A stretch of 35,788 bases of DNA from Candidatus Campbellbacteria bacterium CG22_combo_CG10-13_8_21_14_all_36_13 (GTDB lineage: Bacteria; Patescibacteriota; Minisyncoccia; Phycocordibacterales; PCTT01), in the NCBI GenBank assembly GCA_002771585.1, contig PCTT01000027.1:1-35788 (forward strand), written 5' to 3'. A model generated the notes under the pieces. The model saw only the letters and a program-made list of their open reading frames with translations, was not told where the DNA came from and did no database searches. The translations under genes and the position numbers were made by a program. Of the stretch, positions 8,957 through 17,598 are shown piece by piece; the stretch's first letter is position 1; each line of letters opens with the position of its first letter.

Positions 8957-9066
8957 ATTAATTAATTAATAACCTCGGGAGATTCATCCCACTTTTAATG
9001 CTTATATTATAGATAAATTAAACTCATACATCAAACGTGTATATCTATTGTTTTTTCACGTTTTCA

Positions 9067-9094
9067 TAGACAAAAGAATAAAATGTGGTAAAAT
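9067..9094 (+). promoter_or_regulatory. Sigma70-type promoter for rnpB
   Basis: TAGACA (9067-9072), 16-nt spacer, extended -10 TG-G-TAAAAT, ending 7 nt before the P1 helix start. Confidence 0.6.
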
Positions 9095-9100
9095 ATTTGT

Positions 9101-10244
9101 GGTTTTGGTATCGGACAATCGCGATGTCATCGCTTCGCGCTGACGCGCGGACTAACGCAGATATAGACGCAGACCTACGCAGAAATCGAATATCAGTTTT
9201 CCGCGTTAGTCCGCGTTTAGTCCGCAAGATCAGCGCGCCAATGCGAAGCAGTGACGTTGAGGAAAGTCCGGACACACGCCCGTCGTACCTCACTGCGTTC
9301 GGTACTAAGTCAAAAGTCTATAAAGCCCATAATGTCAAAAGTCACAAACTTTCGACTTTATAGACATTCGACTTTGAACTAAAGTGCCGAGCTTAGCGAG
9401 GTGCGACGGACAGCATGGTGGTGCCCTACATTTTCACTTTGTGAAAATCGGGTCCGAACAATCTGTTTAAGGATTGTTTTAGGAGGTAATACCCATCGAC
9501 CAGTGCAGCGCACTGGAAATTCGAAATCCGAAATTCTAAATTCGAAACTTTTTAAGTTTTAATATTTTAAATATTAGGCTAAAACCACACGGGATTATTT
9601 TATATTAAAATAATCCCGTGTGGTTCGCCCGACAAAAATCTCGAAGGATTTTTGTTTAGGGACTTAAATATTGCCCGCCCGGACGAATGTCCCCCGCCAG
9701 AATCCAGCCCGAAAGATTCATTCTGGCGGGGACTCTGTCGGGCTGGATTCGGACAGGTTTCATATTTAGATATTCGTGCTTCGTGCTTCCAATGCGTTGC
9801 ATTGGTTAGAGGTGCGAGCAGAGACGCCCAAATCGAAAGAAGAGGGATTCCCTAGTGGAATAGTTCCATGGCAACATGGGTGCTAAAACAAAATGTTTTT
9901 AACATTTTGTTCGCACGAACATTTTGTTTACAAAATGTTCTAGTGAAACGGCAAAATCCTCACTTGTGTGCAAGACCGCGCCCCAGTGCAGCGCACTGGT
10001 GGAGAGTCGCTTGAGCATGTTGGTAACAACATGCCTAGATAAATGATTGTCGTCTGTCGTACCTCACTGCGTTCGATACGATAATTCTAAATTTAAAGTT
10101 TTGAATTTTGAATGAATTTTAAATGAATTAATTTAAAATTAAAACATTCGAAATTGAATGGAAATTTTAAATTAGAAATTTTAAATTCATCCGAGCTTAG
10201 CGAGGTGCGACAGATACAGAATCCGGCTTATAGGTACCAAAACC
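9101..10244 (+). ncRNA. rnpB: RNase P RNA, greatly expanded (~1144 nt)
   Basis: P1 GGTTTTGGTATC/GGTACCAAAACC, P2 GACAATC/GATTGTC, GAGGAAAGTCCGG at 9259, GTGAAACGG..CCTC..GCAAG, P18-like GCATGTTG-GTAA-CAACATGC, and ACAGAATCCGGCTTA at 10216. Confidence 0.93.
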
Positions 10245-10273
10245 TTGTCCCGCATACTGCGGAGACAATTTAT

Positions 10274-10307
10274 ATGAAAAAACTCGCTTAATTGCGAGTT
10301 TTTTCAT
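10274..10307. terminator. Bidirectional intrinsic terminator between rnpB and nrdJ
   Basis: ATGAAAAAACTCGC-TTAATT-GCGAGTTTTTTCAT perfect inverted repeat between convergent genes. Confidence 0.75.
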
Positions 10308-10356
10308 TGTTTTTAAACTTTATAGACTTTCGACTTTTTTGACTTTATAGATTAAT

Positions 10357-12660
10357 CTAAATTTCACATGCTCCACCAACACAAGCAAGCTCTTTTGCCC
10401 CTATTGTTTGATCATCAAGCTCATATATAACAAGCTTAGAAAAATCTAGCTTACTAAGCTCTGCGCTCCTTCTTTCAAATTCTTCTTTTGTTATCTCCTC
10501 ATAAGGCGCTAGTTGATAAACATGCTCATTCCTTGGTAAAAATGACAAACCACCAACAATATCCCAGTTTTCATAAACAAAATTTGCAACAGCAAGCCAC
10601 TCATCTGGCCCAACATAAACAGTTGCAGAAGGATTATGTTCTGTAAAGTGCACTTTTAGTCTTTTCCACTCATTTAAGAAATCAATTGCTGATACTTGAT
10701 CTTTAAAAACAGCCCCCTTTGGTGCTTTTATTGGGAATTCAAGTACCATTGTGGTCGCATTCGAAGTAGAGTAACCAACCTCTGGATGAATTGGCACACC
10801 TTGTTCACGTGCTAGTTTTAGAAGAGGGTCGTTAACACTGATCCTAACCCTTCTAATAAAGTACGGAGCATACCATGGATGCATACCAGACCCAACACCA
10901 AGTAATTGCCCTGAATTTCCATGTGGTTTTACACAAGTTACAGCGGTTGATACATTAATTCCTATTTTTTTGGCATACTTACGGTTTACTATAAGAGCTT
11001 CGTTTCTTAACGACTCCAAGACTTTATCATCTCTAACAATCTTGTTGTCAAAATAACCAGTTAAAGAAACCCCCAACAAAGCTTCTTCATCACAATTCTT
11101 TTTCCAGTCTTTTGAAATATATTTAAAATCTGTAAGAGAAGCCTGATATGTACCCAGCATTGTAGCAAGTCGCATTTTCCTTTTTAAGCTTTTTTCTGTG
11201 TCTTCGGGACGAATCACAATACTTGTAAGATTACAAAACTGTCTAGATTTTAGATAAATCTCACCACAAGGATTCATGCCTGGTTGTTTTTCATACTTTA
11301 GATTCTCCCACCGGCGAGCTGGTAACTGTTTCTCCAAACCTCCCCTGTTGTATATTCCGCGCTCCCCAGACCCAGAGCTTACCAGTGCCGACCACTCCTC
11401 CAAAAACTCTGTAGCGGTCGGTTTTGCCTCATATACAGCAGAGTTATTGGCCATACTACGTTGTCCATTTGTTTGCCAAAAGGCACCCTTCTTTGCATCT
11501 CTCAAATCTACATCATCAAGAGCAGAAAGTGATATTAATGCACTTCTTCTTACCCCACCGGCAACCACAATAAGGCCAATTTGACAAATTATATCGTGCA
11601 TATCAAGTGTTGAAAGACGACGCCCTTGCTTTGTAAGCATCTTCTTTTTTGTAAATTTCATCAACTCCTGAAGCGGTGCTGGTCCAGACGCCCTTCCTCC
11701 CATAGTTAGAAGTCTATCTCCGGCGGGTCTGATTTTTGAATAATCAATTTCAACATCCTTACCAGAAGACCATGCCTCACAAGCACCAACAAAAGCATCA
11801 CACCAGCCCTCCTTGCTATCCTCTACTACAATAGTTGGAGCTTTCTCTCCGGTTTGCTTTTGTATTTGTGGAAATTGCTCTACATTCTCTGGCTCAACCG
11901 AATAACCACATCCAGCACCACACATAGACACATACATTATATCTGCAAGATCTTTCCATCTTGTTGGTGCAATATAGGCGCAGTTGTATGCACACACATT
12001 TGTTGCCCTACAAGCCTTTCCAGCAGACCACAAAAGTCTCATTGATGGGCAAACTTCTTGTTTTAATATTCCCTCCCTAACCTCATCATATTCTTTTGCA
12101 GAAAACTTATTACCAAGATTCTCTTTCATAAAGTCCATAAACCTATCTATAGACTCAATCCATGTCTCTCTCCTACCCAAATCATCCCTCCATCTTGAAT
12201 AAAATTGATAGAATATAAATTCCTGATAAGGGGTCTTGAAATACTTACTTGCCTCTTCTATCTTCTGAACAACCTCTGGTTTTACCCTTAATTCGTTTCC
12301 ACGGACCTTTGCTCTTTCGTTTCTATACAAAATAAATGCTTTTGCCGCTTTAACATAATTACCAAGAATAAGCTCCTTCTCTACAGCGTCCTGTATACCC
12401 TCAACTGAAGGAACGAAGTTTTTAAATCTTTTACTTATACGTACCAAGTCTGAAAGCACCCTATTAGCCACAAGCTCCGCCTCTTCTATTGAGCCCTCTT
12501 CTGCCGCATTCATCGCTTTATATGTAGCGTTTGTAACTTTACTAAGATCAAAAGGAACTATAGAACCATCACGTTTTAGTATTCTCTTAACAAAGCTATT
12601 TTCAATCTTTTTTTTACCTTTTTTTGTGTTTTTAGGCGACTTTTGAGCTGTTTTTGGCAT
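10357..12660 (-). CDS. nrdJ: Class II (adenosylcobalamin-dependent) ribonucleotide reductase with N-terminal ATP cone
   Basis: ILKRDG ATP cone, GGVRRSA, NPCGEI catalytic loop, TCVKP.G and C-terminal CVGGAC. No adjacent nrdB. Confidence 0.88.
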   Translation of the reverse strand: MPKTAQKSPKNTKKGKKKIENSFVKRILKRDGSIVPFDLSKVTNATYKAMNAAEEGSIEEAELVANRVLSDLVRISKRFKNFVPSVEGIQDAVEKELILGNYVKAAKAFILYRNERAKVRGNELRVKPEVVQKIEEASKYFKTPYQEFIFYQFYSRWRDDLGRRETWIESIDRFMDFMKENLGNKFSAKEYDEVREGILKQEVCPSMRLLWSAGKACRATNVCAYNCAYIAPTRWKDLADIMYVSMCGAGCGYSVEPENVEQFPQIQKQTGEKAPTIVVEDSKEGWCDAFVGACEAWSSGKDVEIDYSKIRPAGDRLLTMGGRASGPAPLQELMKFTKKKMLTKQGRRLSTLDMHDIICQIGLIVVAGGVRRSALISLSALDDVDLRDAKKGAFWQTNGQRSMANNSAVYEAKPTATEFLEEWSALVSSGSGERGIYNRGGLEKQLPARRWENLKYEKQPGMNPCGEIYLKSRQFCNLTSIVIRPEDTEKSLKRKMRLATMLGTYQASLTDFKYISKDWKKNCDEEALLGVSLTGYFDNKIVRDDKVLESLRNEALIVNRKYAKKIGINVSTAVTCVKPHGNSGQLLGVGSGMHPWYAPYFIRRVRISVNDPLLKLAREQGVPIHPEVGYSTSNATTMVLEFPIKAPKGAVFKDQVSAIDFLNEWKRLKVHFTEHNPSATVYVGPDEWLAVANFVYENWDIVGGLSFLPRNEHVYQLAPYEEITKEEFERRSAELSKLDFSKLVIYELDDQTIGAKELACVGGACEI

Positions 12661-12732
12661 TTTTTTATAAAAATTAACTAATAAATGTCCAAACTTGGAT
12701 ATTCATTTTAACTGTCAAAAAACCAAAAATCT

Positions 12733-12741
12733 TGTGGATAA
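12733..12741 (-). promoter_or_regulatory. Consensus DnaA box upstream of nrdJ
   Basis: TTATCCACA on the minus strand. Single site, function inferred only. Confidence 0.35.
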
Positions 12742-12820
12742 GAAATTAAATTAACACAAAGAAACAAAAAGTCGTGGGTGTAAAACACTGACCCAGAATC
12801 GCCTTTGTTTTTGGTGTATT

Positions 12821-13333
12821 TTAGTTAAGATTTTCTATAAACAGAGATTGTCCAACAACGAAATTGTGTGCTTTGGCAAATCCTGAATGAAGCTCAATGA
12901 CATATCTTGATTTTCGCTCTGGAATGTAGCTATTAGGATAAGTATCTGGTGAAATATTATTTTCTATATGAACAATTCTATAATCTTTATCAATCCATAT
13001 GATATCTAATGGAAATTTCATATCTTTCATCCAAAAACCATAAATTCCATCAACCGGAAAAACAAAAATCATACCTTGATAATAAGATAGCTCTCCTCTA
13101 TCAGAAAGACCTTTAATCCTAGCACCTTCGGTGTTGGCTATATCGAGATAAACTCTTGTGTTGTCTAGAACAAGAATTGCAGTTTTTTTAATATTTTCGG
13201 CACCCGGCAACAAACCGCTGTCAAAATTATTATCTACCAATAAACCCCCCTTATTCCTCAACTTCCCCATAACACTAGTAAGAGAGAAAATAAAAATTAT
13301 AATTAATATAGATATAAAAATTCTTCTATTCAT
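12821..13333 (-). CDS. DUF192 family protein
   Basis: N-terminal TM, GLS.R, GMIFVF, FWMKDMKFPLDIIWID and YVIEL motifs. Confidence 0.9.
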   Translation of the reverse strand: MNRRIFISILIIIFIFSLTSVMGKLRNKGGLLVDNNFDSGLLPGAENIKKTAILVLDNTRVYLDIANTEGARIKGLSDRGELSYYQGMIFVFPVDGIYGFWMKDMKFPLDIIWIDKDYRIVHIENNISPDTYPNSYIPERKSRYVIELHSGFAKAHNFVVGQSLFIENLN

Positions 13334-13456
13334 CCCGTTAGAGATAGGACGCGGACCGGATTAGTCTATATCCTACCTAGATTAAATTATGTATAAATTC
13401 GACCAATGAATTGATAATACCTATACATGCCCGTTATCTCTAACGAGACTCATCCC
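13332..13456. mobile_element. MITE-like element with CCCGTTAGAG/CTCTAACG(A/G)G inverted ends, copy 1
   Basis: CCCGTTAGAGATA (13334-13346) and TATCTCTAACGAG (13435-13447), with TCATCCC on both sides. Related copy at 32600-32737. Confidence 0.6.
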
Positions 13457-13560
13457 AGTAATTATATCAGAATACAAAAAAATCACTTTGTGTGTGTTTT
13501 GTTTAAAAAATAGATACTCTGTGGTAGTCTATGTACAGAACAAACAAATGAGGTATGTAA

Positions 13561-13950
13561 TTGAACTCACAAGAGCTTAAGAAGGACGTTTTTAATTTTC
13601 TAGTGGGTGGAGTACCAGGACTATTGGTACACCTTGGGGTGTTGTTATTGCTTACAAAATTATTTCATGTTGGGGTAGTCACATCATCAATGGTCGGTGT
13701 AATTCCATCTTTTTTTGTAAACTTTTGTGTATATAAATTTTGGAGCTTTAAGAACGATAAGCCTAGTAATACTTTAGTGCAACTCATCCTTGCATTCATC
13801 GTCACATTATCTTACATCGTACTTGGTGGTGGATTGATGTATCTCATACACGTCGACTTGGGTATGGGAAAAATATGGGCCCAGATAGTTGTAAAAATAG
13901 GACTCGGACCACTTAGTTTTTTTGCAACACGCTCAGTTTTCAAGCAATAA
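13561..13950 (+). CDS. GtrA-like (glycan translocase family) membrane protein
   Basis: Four TM segments, FLVGG start, NF..YKFWSF motif, AQ near the C-terminus. Confidence 0.8.
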   Translation: MNSQELKKDVFNFLVGGVPGLLVHLGVLLLLTKLFHVGVVTSSMVGVIPSFFVNFCVYKFWSFKNDKPSNTLVQLILAFIVTLSYIVLGGGLMYLIHVDLGMGKIWAQIVVKIGLGPLSFFATRSVFKQ

Positions 13951-14000
13951 CCCGACATATCCATAAAAGTGGTGTGTCGAGTTATTGTTTTTTTTAAAAA

Positions 14001-14040
14001 AACAAAAAATCACCCAGGCTTAAGAAGTGATTTTTTGTTT
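14001..14040. terminator. Probable bidirectional terminator
   Basis: AACAAAAAATCAC-loop-GTGATTTTTTGTT between convergent genes. Confidence 0.5.
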
Positions 14041-14058
14041 TATGACCCAAACCAATGA

Positions 14059-14739
14059 TTATTGGTTTGTTCTAAAAAAACTTGGCCATATCATACCCAT
14101 GTTTCCAACACTATCAACACTTCGTACTAAGTAATAATACGTAGTATTTGGTTGAAGGTTTGAAACTGTGACTGAATGAGAAGTCTGAAAACCACCAGCG
14201 TCAGTTGCTAAAGTACCGCTAACATATGGTAATTGACGAGGTCCTGTTGCTTCATTAAATTGTAGTGGTGAAGCACTCCAATATAAATGACCATTGGTAA
14301 TCTCATTTGTTACCCACGTGAAAGTTGCTGTGGTGTTTGTGTATTGAACAACTGGAATACTAAGTTGTGGTGATGCATCCACAGAAACTGGAGGTGTATA
14401 AACAGAACCTAGAAGACTGTTTATTCTTGCCATCGTTTGTGGACCAACTCTTCCATACCCAGTAGTTGCTGGAGTACCGGATGATACTATCCCTTGATCT
14501 GTTTGAAATCTTTCTACTCCGGCTTTTGTAAGCTGGCCAAAATATCCAGTAACAAGACCTGATGGATATATGTCTGAATTTGTAGATAGATACGTTTGAA
14601 GTTCAGTAACCTCTGATCCACGATCACCAATATCTAATTGACTTGTAATTGTGGCATAAGCACTTTGAATTCCAAAAAATGCGAAGACAAACATTGCTGT
14701 AATTATTATATTTTTTTGCATTTTTAATGTTTTTTTCAT
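14059..14739 (-). CDS. Secreted peptidoglycan-binding domain protein with C-terminal FN3-like domain
   Basis: Signal peptide, GDRGSEVTELQ..L and TGYFGQLTKAGVERFQ (PG_binding_1 pattern), L.PNTTYYY.V.S.D. Confidence 0.85.
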   Translation of the reverse strand: MKKTLKMQKNIIITAMFVFAFFGIQSAYATITSQLDIGDRGSEVTELQTYLSTNSDIYPSGLVTGYFGQLTKAGVERFQTDQGIVSSGTPATTGYGRVGPQTMARINSLLGSVYTPPVSVDASPQLSIPVVQYTNTTATFTWVTNEITNGHLYWSASPLQFNEATGPRQLPYVSGTLATDAGGFQTSHSVTVSNLQPNTTYYYLVRSVDSVGNMGMIWPSFFRTNQ

Positions 14740-14927
14740 GTTTTTGTATTTAGATTAATAAGTATTTCTATTTGTAAAGACTCGAGATGTTTGTGGAATT
14801 CTTTTCGTTTATTAAGACAAAAAGCACAAACTTTATAATATTAAGCCTAATAATCGACTCTTTACGCTCAATAATCTCTATACATATGATGCCGACTCAG
14901 AGTTGTTTATATTACAAATATTTAAAA

Positions 14928-15179
14928 TTATGCCCGTCGCAATGCCTTGACCAAAGCAATAGATACTATCGCTCCCAAAAGTGCCACAATAAAGCTGTAA
15001 AGATTGAAACCACTTATTCCGCTCCCTCCAATCACAGTCATAATCCAACCACCCACAACTGCACCAACAACACCAACGATAATATTTAATAATATTCCCT
15101 GTTGTTCATCAGTTTTCATAATAAGTGAAGCTACCCAACCAACAAGCGCTCCAAATATAACCCATAAAATAATTCCCAT
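14928..15179 (-). CDS. GlsB/YeaQ/YmgE (transglycosylase-associated) stress-response membrane protein
   Basis: [35 protein letters not shown] pattern. Confidence 0.92.
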   Translation of the reverse strand: MGIILWVIFGALVGWVASLIMKTDEQQGILLNIIVGVVGAVVGGWIMTVIGGSGISGFNLYSFIVALLGAIVSIALVKALRRA

Positions 15180-15256
15180 ATATTTTTATTATTTAATAAT
15201 TTACTTTGTCACTCCGCGTCTTTTCTTTTTCCTTATACACACTTAACTTTTTTATA

Positions 15257-15616
15257 TTAATTATCTTGATCCTCTAATTTAACAGCTGCTTCCGAAGTAG
15301 AAACCGTCTTGCTCATAACAAATAATTTAATAATGCCTATTGCAATAACCCAAAATACAAACATTGTGAGCAGTGTAGTCCACTCAATAATACTACCCTC
15401 AACATACGTAATACTAAAAACACTAATAAACGGCTGTGTAAAGACATATGTTATTCCATAAACAAAGTTGGAAAAACCTGCATCTGGATTTGCCCCAAGC
15501 AGTTTCAATACAAATCTAAACGCTAATAATATTTCTAAAAAGCCAAAAACATACCAAACTGCTTGCGTGCCTCTATAAAGTGGTTTTGTTGTTGAAGAAT
15601 TAAATGATGAATCCAT
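15257..15616 (-). CDS. YggT-like membrane protein
   Basis: LLAFRFVLKLLGANP..F..FVY.IT..F..PF pattern. Confidence 0.7.
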   Translation of the reverse strand: MDSSFNSSTTKPLYRGTQAVWYVFGFLEILLAFRFVLKLLGANPDAGFSNFVYGITYVFTQPFISVFSITYVEGSIIEWTTLLTMFVFWVIAIGIIKLFVMSKTVSTSEAAVKLEDQDN

Positions 15617-15641
15617 AAATTTATACTTATTATTGATAATA

Positions 15642-16244
15642 CTATTTTTTAAGTGATGATATTTTTTTCAATTTATTAATTTCTTTTTCCAAGTTTTTAA
15701 TATTTATCTCCAATTTATTAGTTTTTGTTATAAGTTTAGATTCTATATTCTTGGAGTGGCTCGCCAGAGTTTCTGCCACAACCATGATTTCAGTCACGTC
15801 TTCCATGGCAAGAAGTATAATTGGAGGAAAAGAACTATCCTCTACATGAATCTGGCGAGCATTTAAGATCATTATTTTTTGACCTATAATTGGAAACTCA
15901 TGAGAGACTTCAAAACCCTTAAAAAAAGTATTTTTAGGTAAAATATCTTCAAGAAGTTTTCGTAAAGCTGGAATATTCCATTGACCATTCCCTAATTCAT
16001 ACACAATTTTATTCTCTGTCTTTTTGGGCTCAACTTGAAACATATCATAAAAAGATTCGTTGGCCGCCATTACACGAAGATTTTTATCAAGAATTAAAAC
16101 AGGTTCTCTAACAACATCTACAACAGTTCTAATATATGTCCAACTTTTTTCCCAAAAATTATCTATAAAATTTGAGTCCTTTAGAGCATTATTATTTTTA
16201 TTACTAGAGTTATTACTAGAGTCTGTAGTATTTATATTTTTCAT
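15642..16244 (-). CDS. Stand-alone PAS-domain protein (CheR-associated PAS type) with C-terminal coiled coil
   Basis: VREPVLILDKNLRV..AN.SFY..F, IYELGNGQWNIP.LR.LLE-like segment, MILNAR and ILLAMEDVT. Confidence 0.8.
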   Translation of the reverse strand: MKNINTTDSSNNSSNKNNNALKDSNFIDNFWEKSWTYIRTVVDVVREPVLILDKNLRVMAANESFYDMFQVEPKKTENKIVYELGNGQWNIPALRKLLEDILPKNTFFKGFEVSHEFPIIGQKIMILNARQIHVEDSSFPPIILLAMEDVTEIMVVAETLASHSKNIESKLITKTNKLEINIKNLEKEINKLKKISSLKK

Positions 16245-16480
16245 ACTAATAATGCCGTTATACTGTGTCTAATATTACAACTAGATATAATATTAAAAAT
16301 TTGCTATACTAAACGTATAAACATTCTCATTTTAATACAATATTTTTTGTAATTACTTTGTAATAATATAAAAACAACCGCAAATAGATTTACGTTGCAA
16401 AATATACACATTTCCCAAATATTATAGTCTAACTGTAATATCTATGTAATAAAAGACCGTTATAAACGGCATAATTAATA

Positions 16481-16993
16481 ATGGTAACAAAAAAAAACAT
16501 TAGACAACAAGAAACATTGACTGCCGCATATAAAGACTATGCTAAGGGTATGAATTCGTATTCTTTTTATAAAATCAATAACCATGCCACGAGCGACGAC
16601 CTTGTTCAGAATACTTTTTTAAAGACGTGGAAGTATCTTATAAAAGATGGAAAAATTGAAATAATGAAAGCATTTCTTTATCACATACTTAATCAACTTA
16701 TCATAGATGAGTATAGAAAACGTAAAACCGTTTCATTAGATGTATTACTTGAAAAAGGATATACGCAAAGTACCGACCCAACTAAACGTATTTTTAATGT
16801 TTTTGATGGTAAGGCGGCTGTTCTCTTGATAAAACAGTTGCCTAAAAAATATCAGATAATTATCAAAATGCGTTATATACAAGATTTATCAATTAAAGAA
16901 ATATCCGTAATAACCGGACAATCAAAAAATACAGTTACGGTACAAGCGCACAGAGGATTAGAGAAACTTAAAATCTTGTATCATAATAGATAA
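16481..16993 (+). CDS. ECF (sigma-24 type) RNA polymerase sigma factor
   Basis: DDLVQNTFLKTW region 2, FLYHILNQLIIDEYRK, and region-4 HTH LSIKEIS..TG.S.NTV.V..HRG. Confidence 0.92.
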   Translation: MVTKKNIRQQETLTAAYKDYAKGMNSYSFYKINNHATSDDLVQNTFLKTWKYLIKDGKIEIMKAFLYHILNQLIIDEYRKRKTVSLDVLLEKGYTQSTDPTKRIFNVFDGKAAVLLIKQLPKKYQIIIKMRYIQDLSIKEISVITGQSKNTVTVQAHRGLEKLKILYHNR

Positions 16994-17044
16994 ATATACA
17001 TTCTTCACCACGCGGAGCACGGCTCGGGCAGAATGGGGTGTCGC

Positions 17045-17212
17045 TTATAATTTTTTATTCCCACTCTTTACAATTTTCACGACACCAGTGATTGCCAGTA
17101 TAAGCCCTAGTCCCTGTGCTCCGGGGCTATCATCAAATTCACCAAAAACCACCATAAAAATACCAAACAATATTGTCAAAATATATAATGTTATTTTGAT
17201 TTTTTTATTCAT
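17045..17212 (-). CDS. Small two-TM protein with DDSPG loop (55 aa)
   Basis: Hand-translated MNKKIKITLYILTILFGIFMVVFGEFDDSPGAQGLGLILAITGVVKIVKSGNKKL. Below the ORF track cutoff. Confidence 0.65.
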   Translation of the reverse strand: MNKKIKITLYILTILFGIFMVVFGEFDDSPGAQGLGLILAITGVVKIVKSGNKKL

Positions 17213-17343
17213 AAAAAATATTATTTAGTCTTGTGTACTAAAAAATTCAAAACCTACCTACCTTTTCCCGCCTTAATGATGTGTGTTAGATAGAGTTCAA
17301 ACGTATTGCGGACAAAAACCGTTCTCATAAATCAGTGCGGTGT

Positions 17344-17584
17344 TTTTGGAGACGAGGTTCGAACTCGTGGTGATTTGACTCACACACACTTTCTCCCGCA
17401 CAAAGCGGAGGCGGCGAGATTCGAACTCGCGATACCTTGCGGTATGCCACCTTTCCAAGGTGGTGGAATAAACCACTATCCGACGCCTCCGCTTTGTGAA
17501 GGGATTACAATTTACAAACAATCGCTTCGATCCTTGTGTAAATTAGGAACAATATCGCGCCTTAAAGCGCTCAGTCACTCTTTC
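17344..17584 (-). pseudogene. Interrupted, decayed (outer) tRNA-Ser: 5' half 17550-17584, 3' half 17344-17393, 156-nt insertion 17394-17549
   Basis: The 3' half GA-AA-GTGTG-T-GTGA(GTCAAA)TCAC-C-ACGAG-TTCGAAC-CTCGT has a long variable arm and intact T arm. The 5' half GAAAGAG-TG-ACTGAGCGCTTTAAGGC-G-CGATA-TT-G is Ser-like, but acceptor and anticodon stems are mispaired. Confidence 0.7.
17406..17490 (-). tRNA. tRNA-Ser(GGA), nested inside the outer tRNA-Ser insertion
   Basis: GGAGGCG/CGCCTCC acceptor, CCACC-TTGGAAA-GGTGG anticodon arm, ATACC-GCAA-GGTAT variable arm, GCGAG-TTCGAAT-CTCGC T arm, G discriminator. Confidence 0.95.
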
Positions 17585-17598
17585 GTATTTATAAAAAT

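Noticed and set aside
9045..9855. ORFs 9045-9293, 9085-9363 and 9652-9855
   Set aside because: They lie within the RNase P RNA gene and its palindromic inserts. None resembles a homing endonuclease.
17230..17345. Possible third, decayed copy of the tRNA-downstream element after tRNA-Ser
   Set aside because: A hairpin and an AGGCGGG fragment are present, but similarity is too weak to support by eye.
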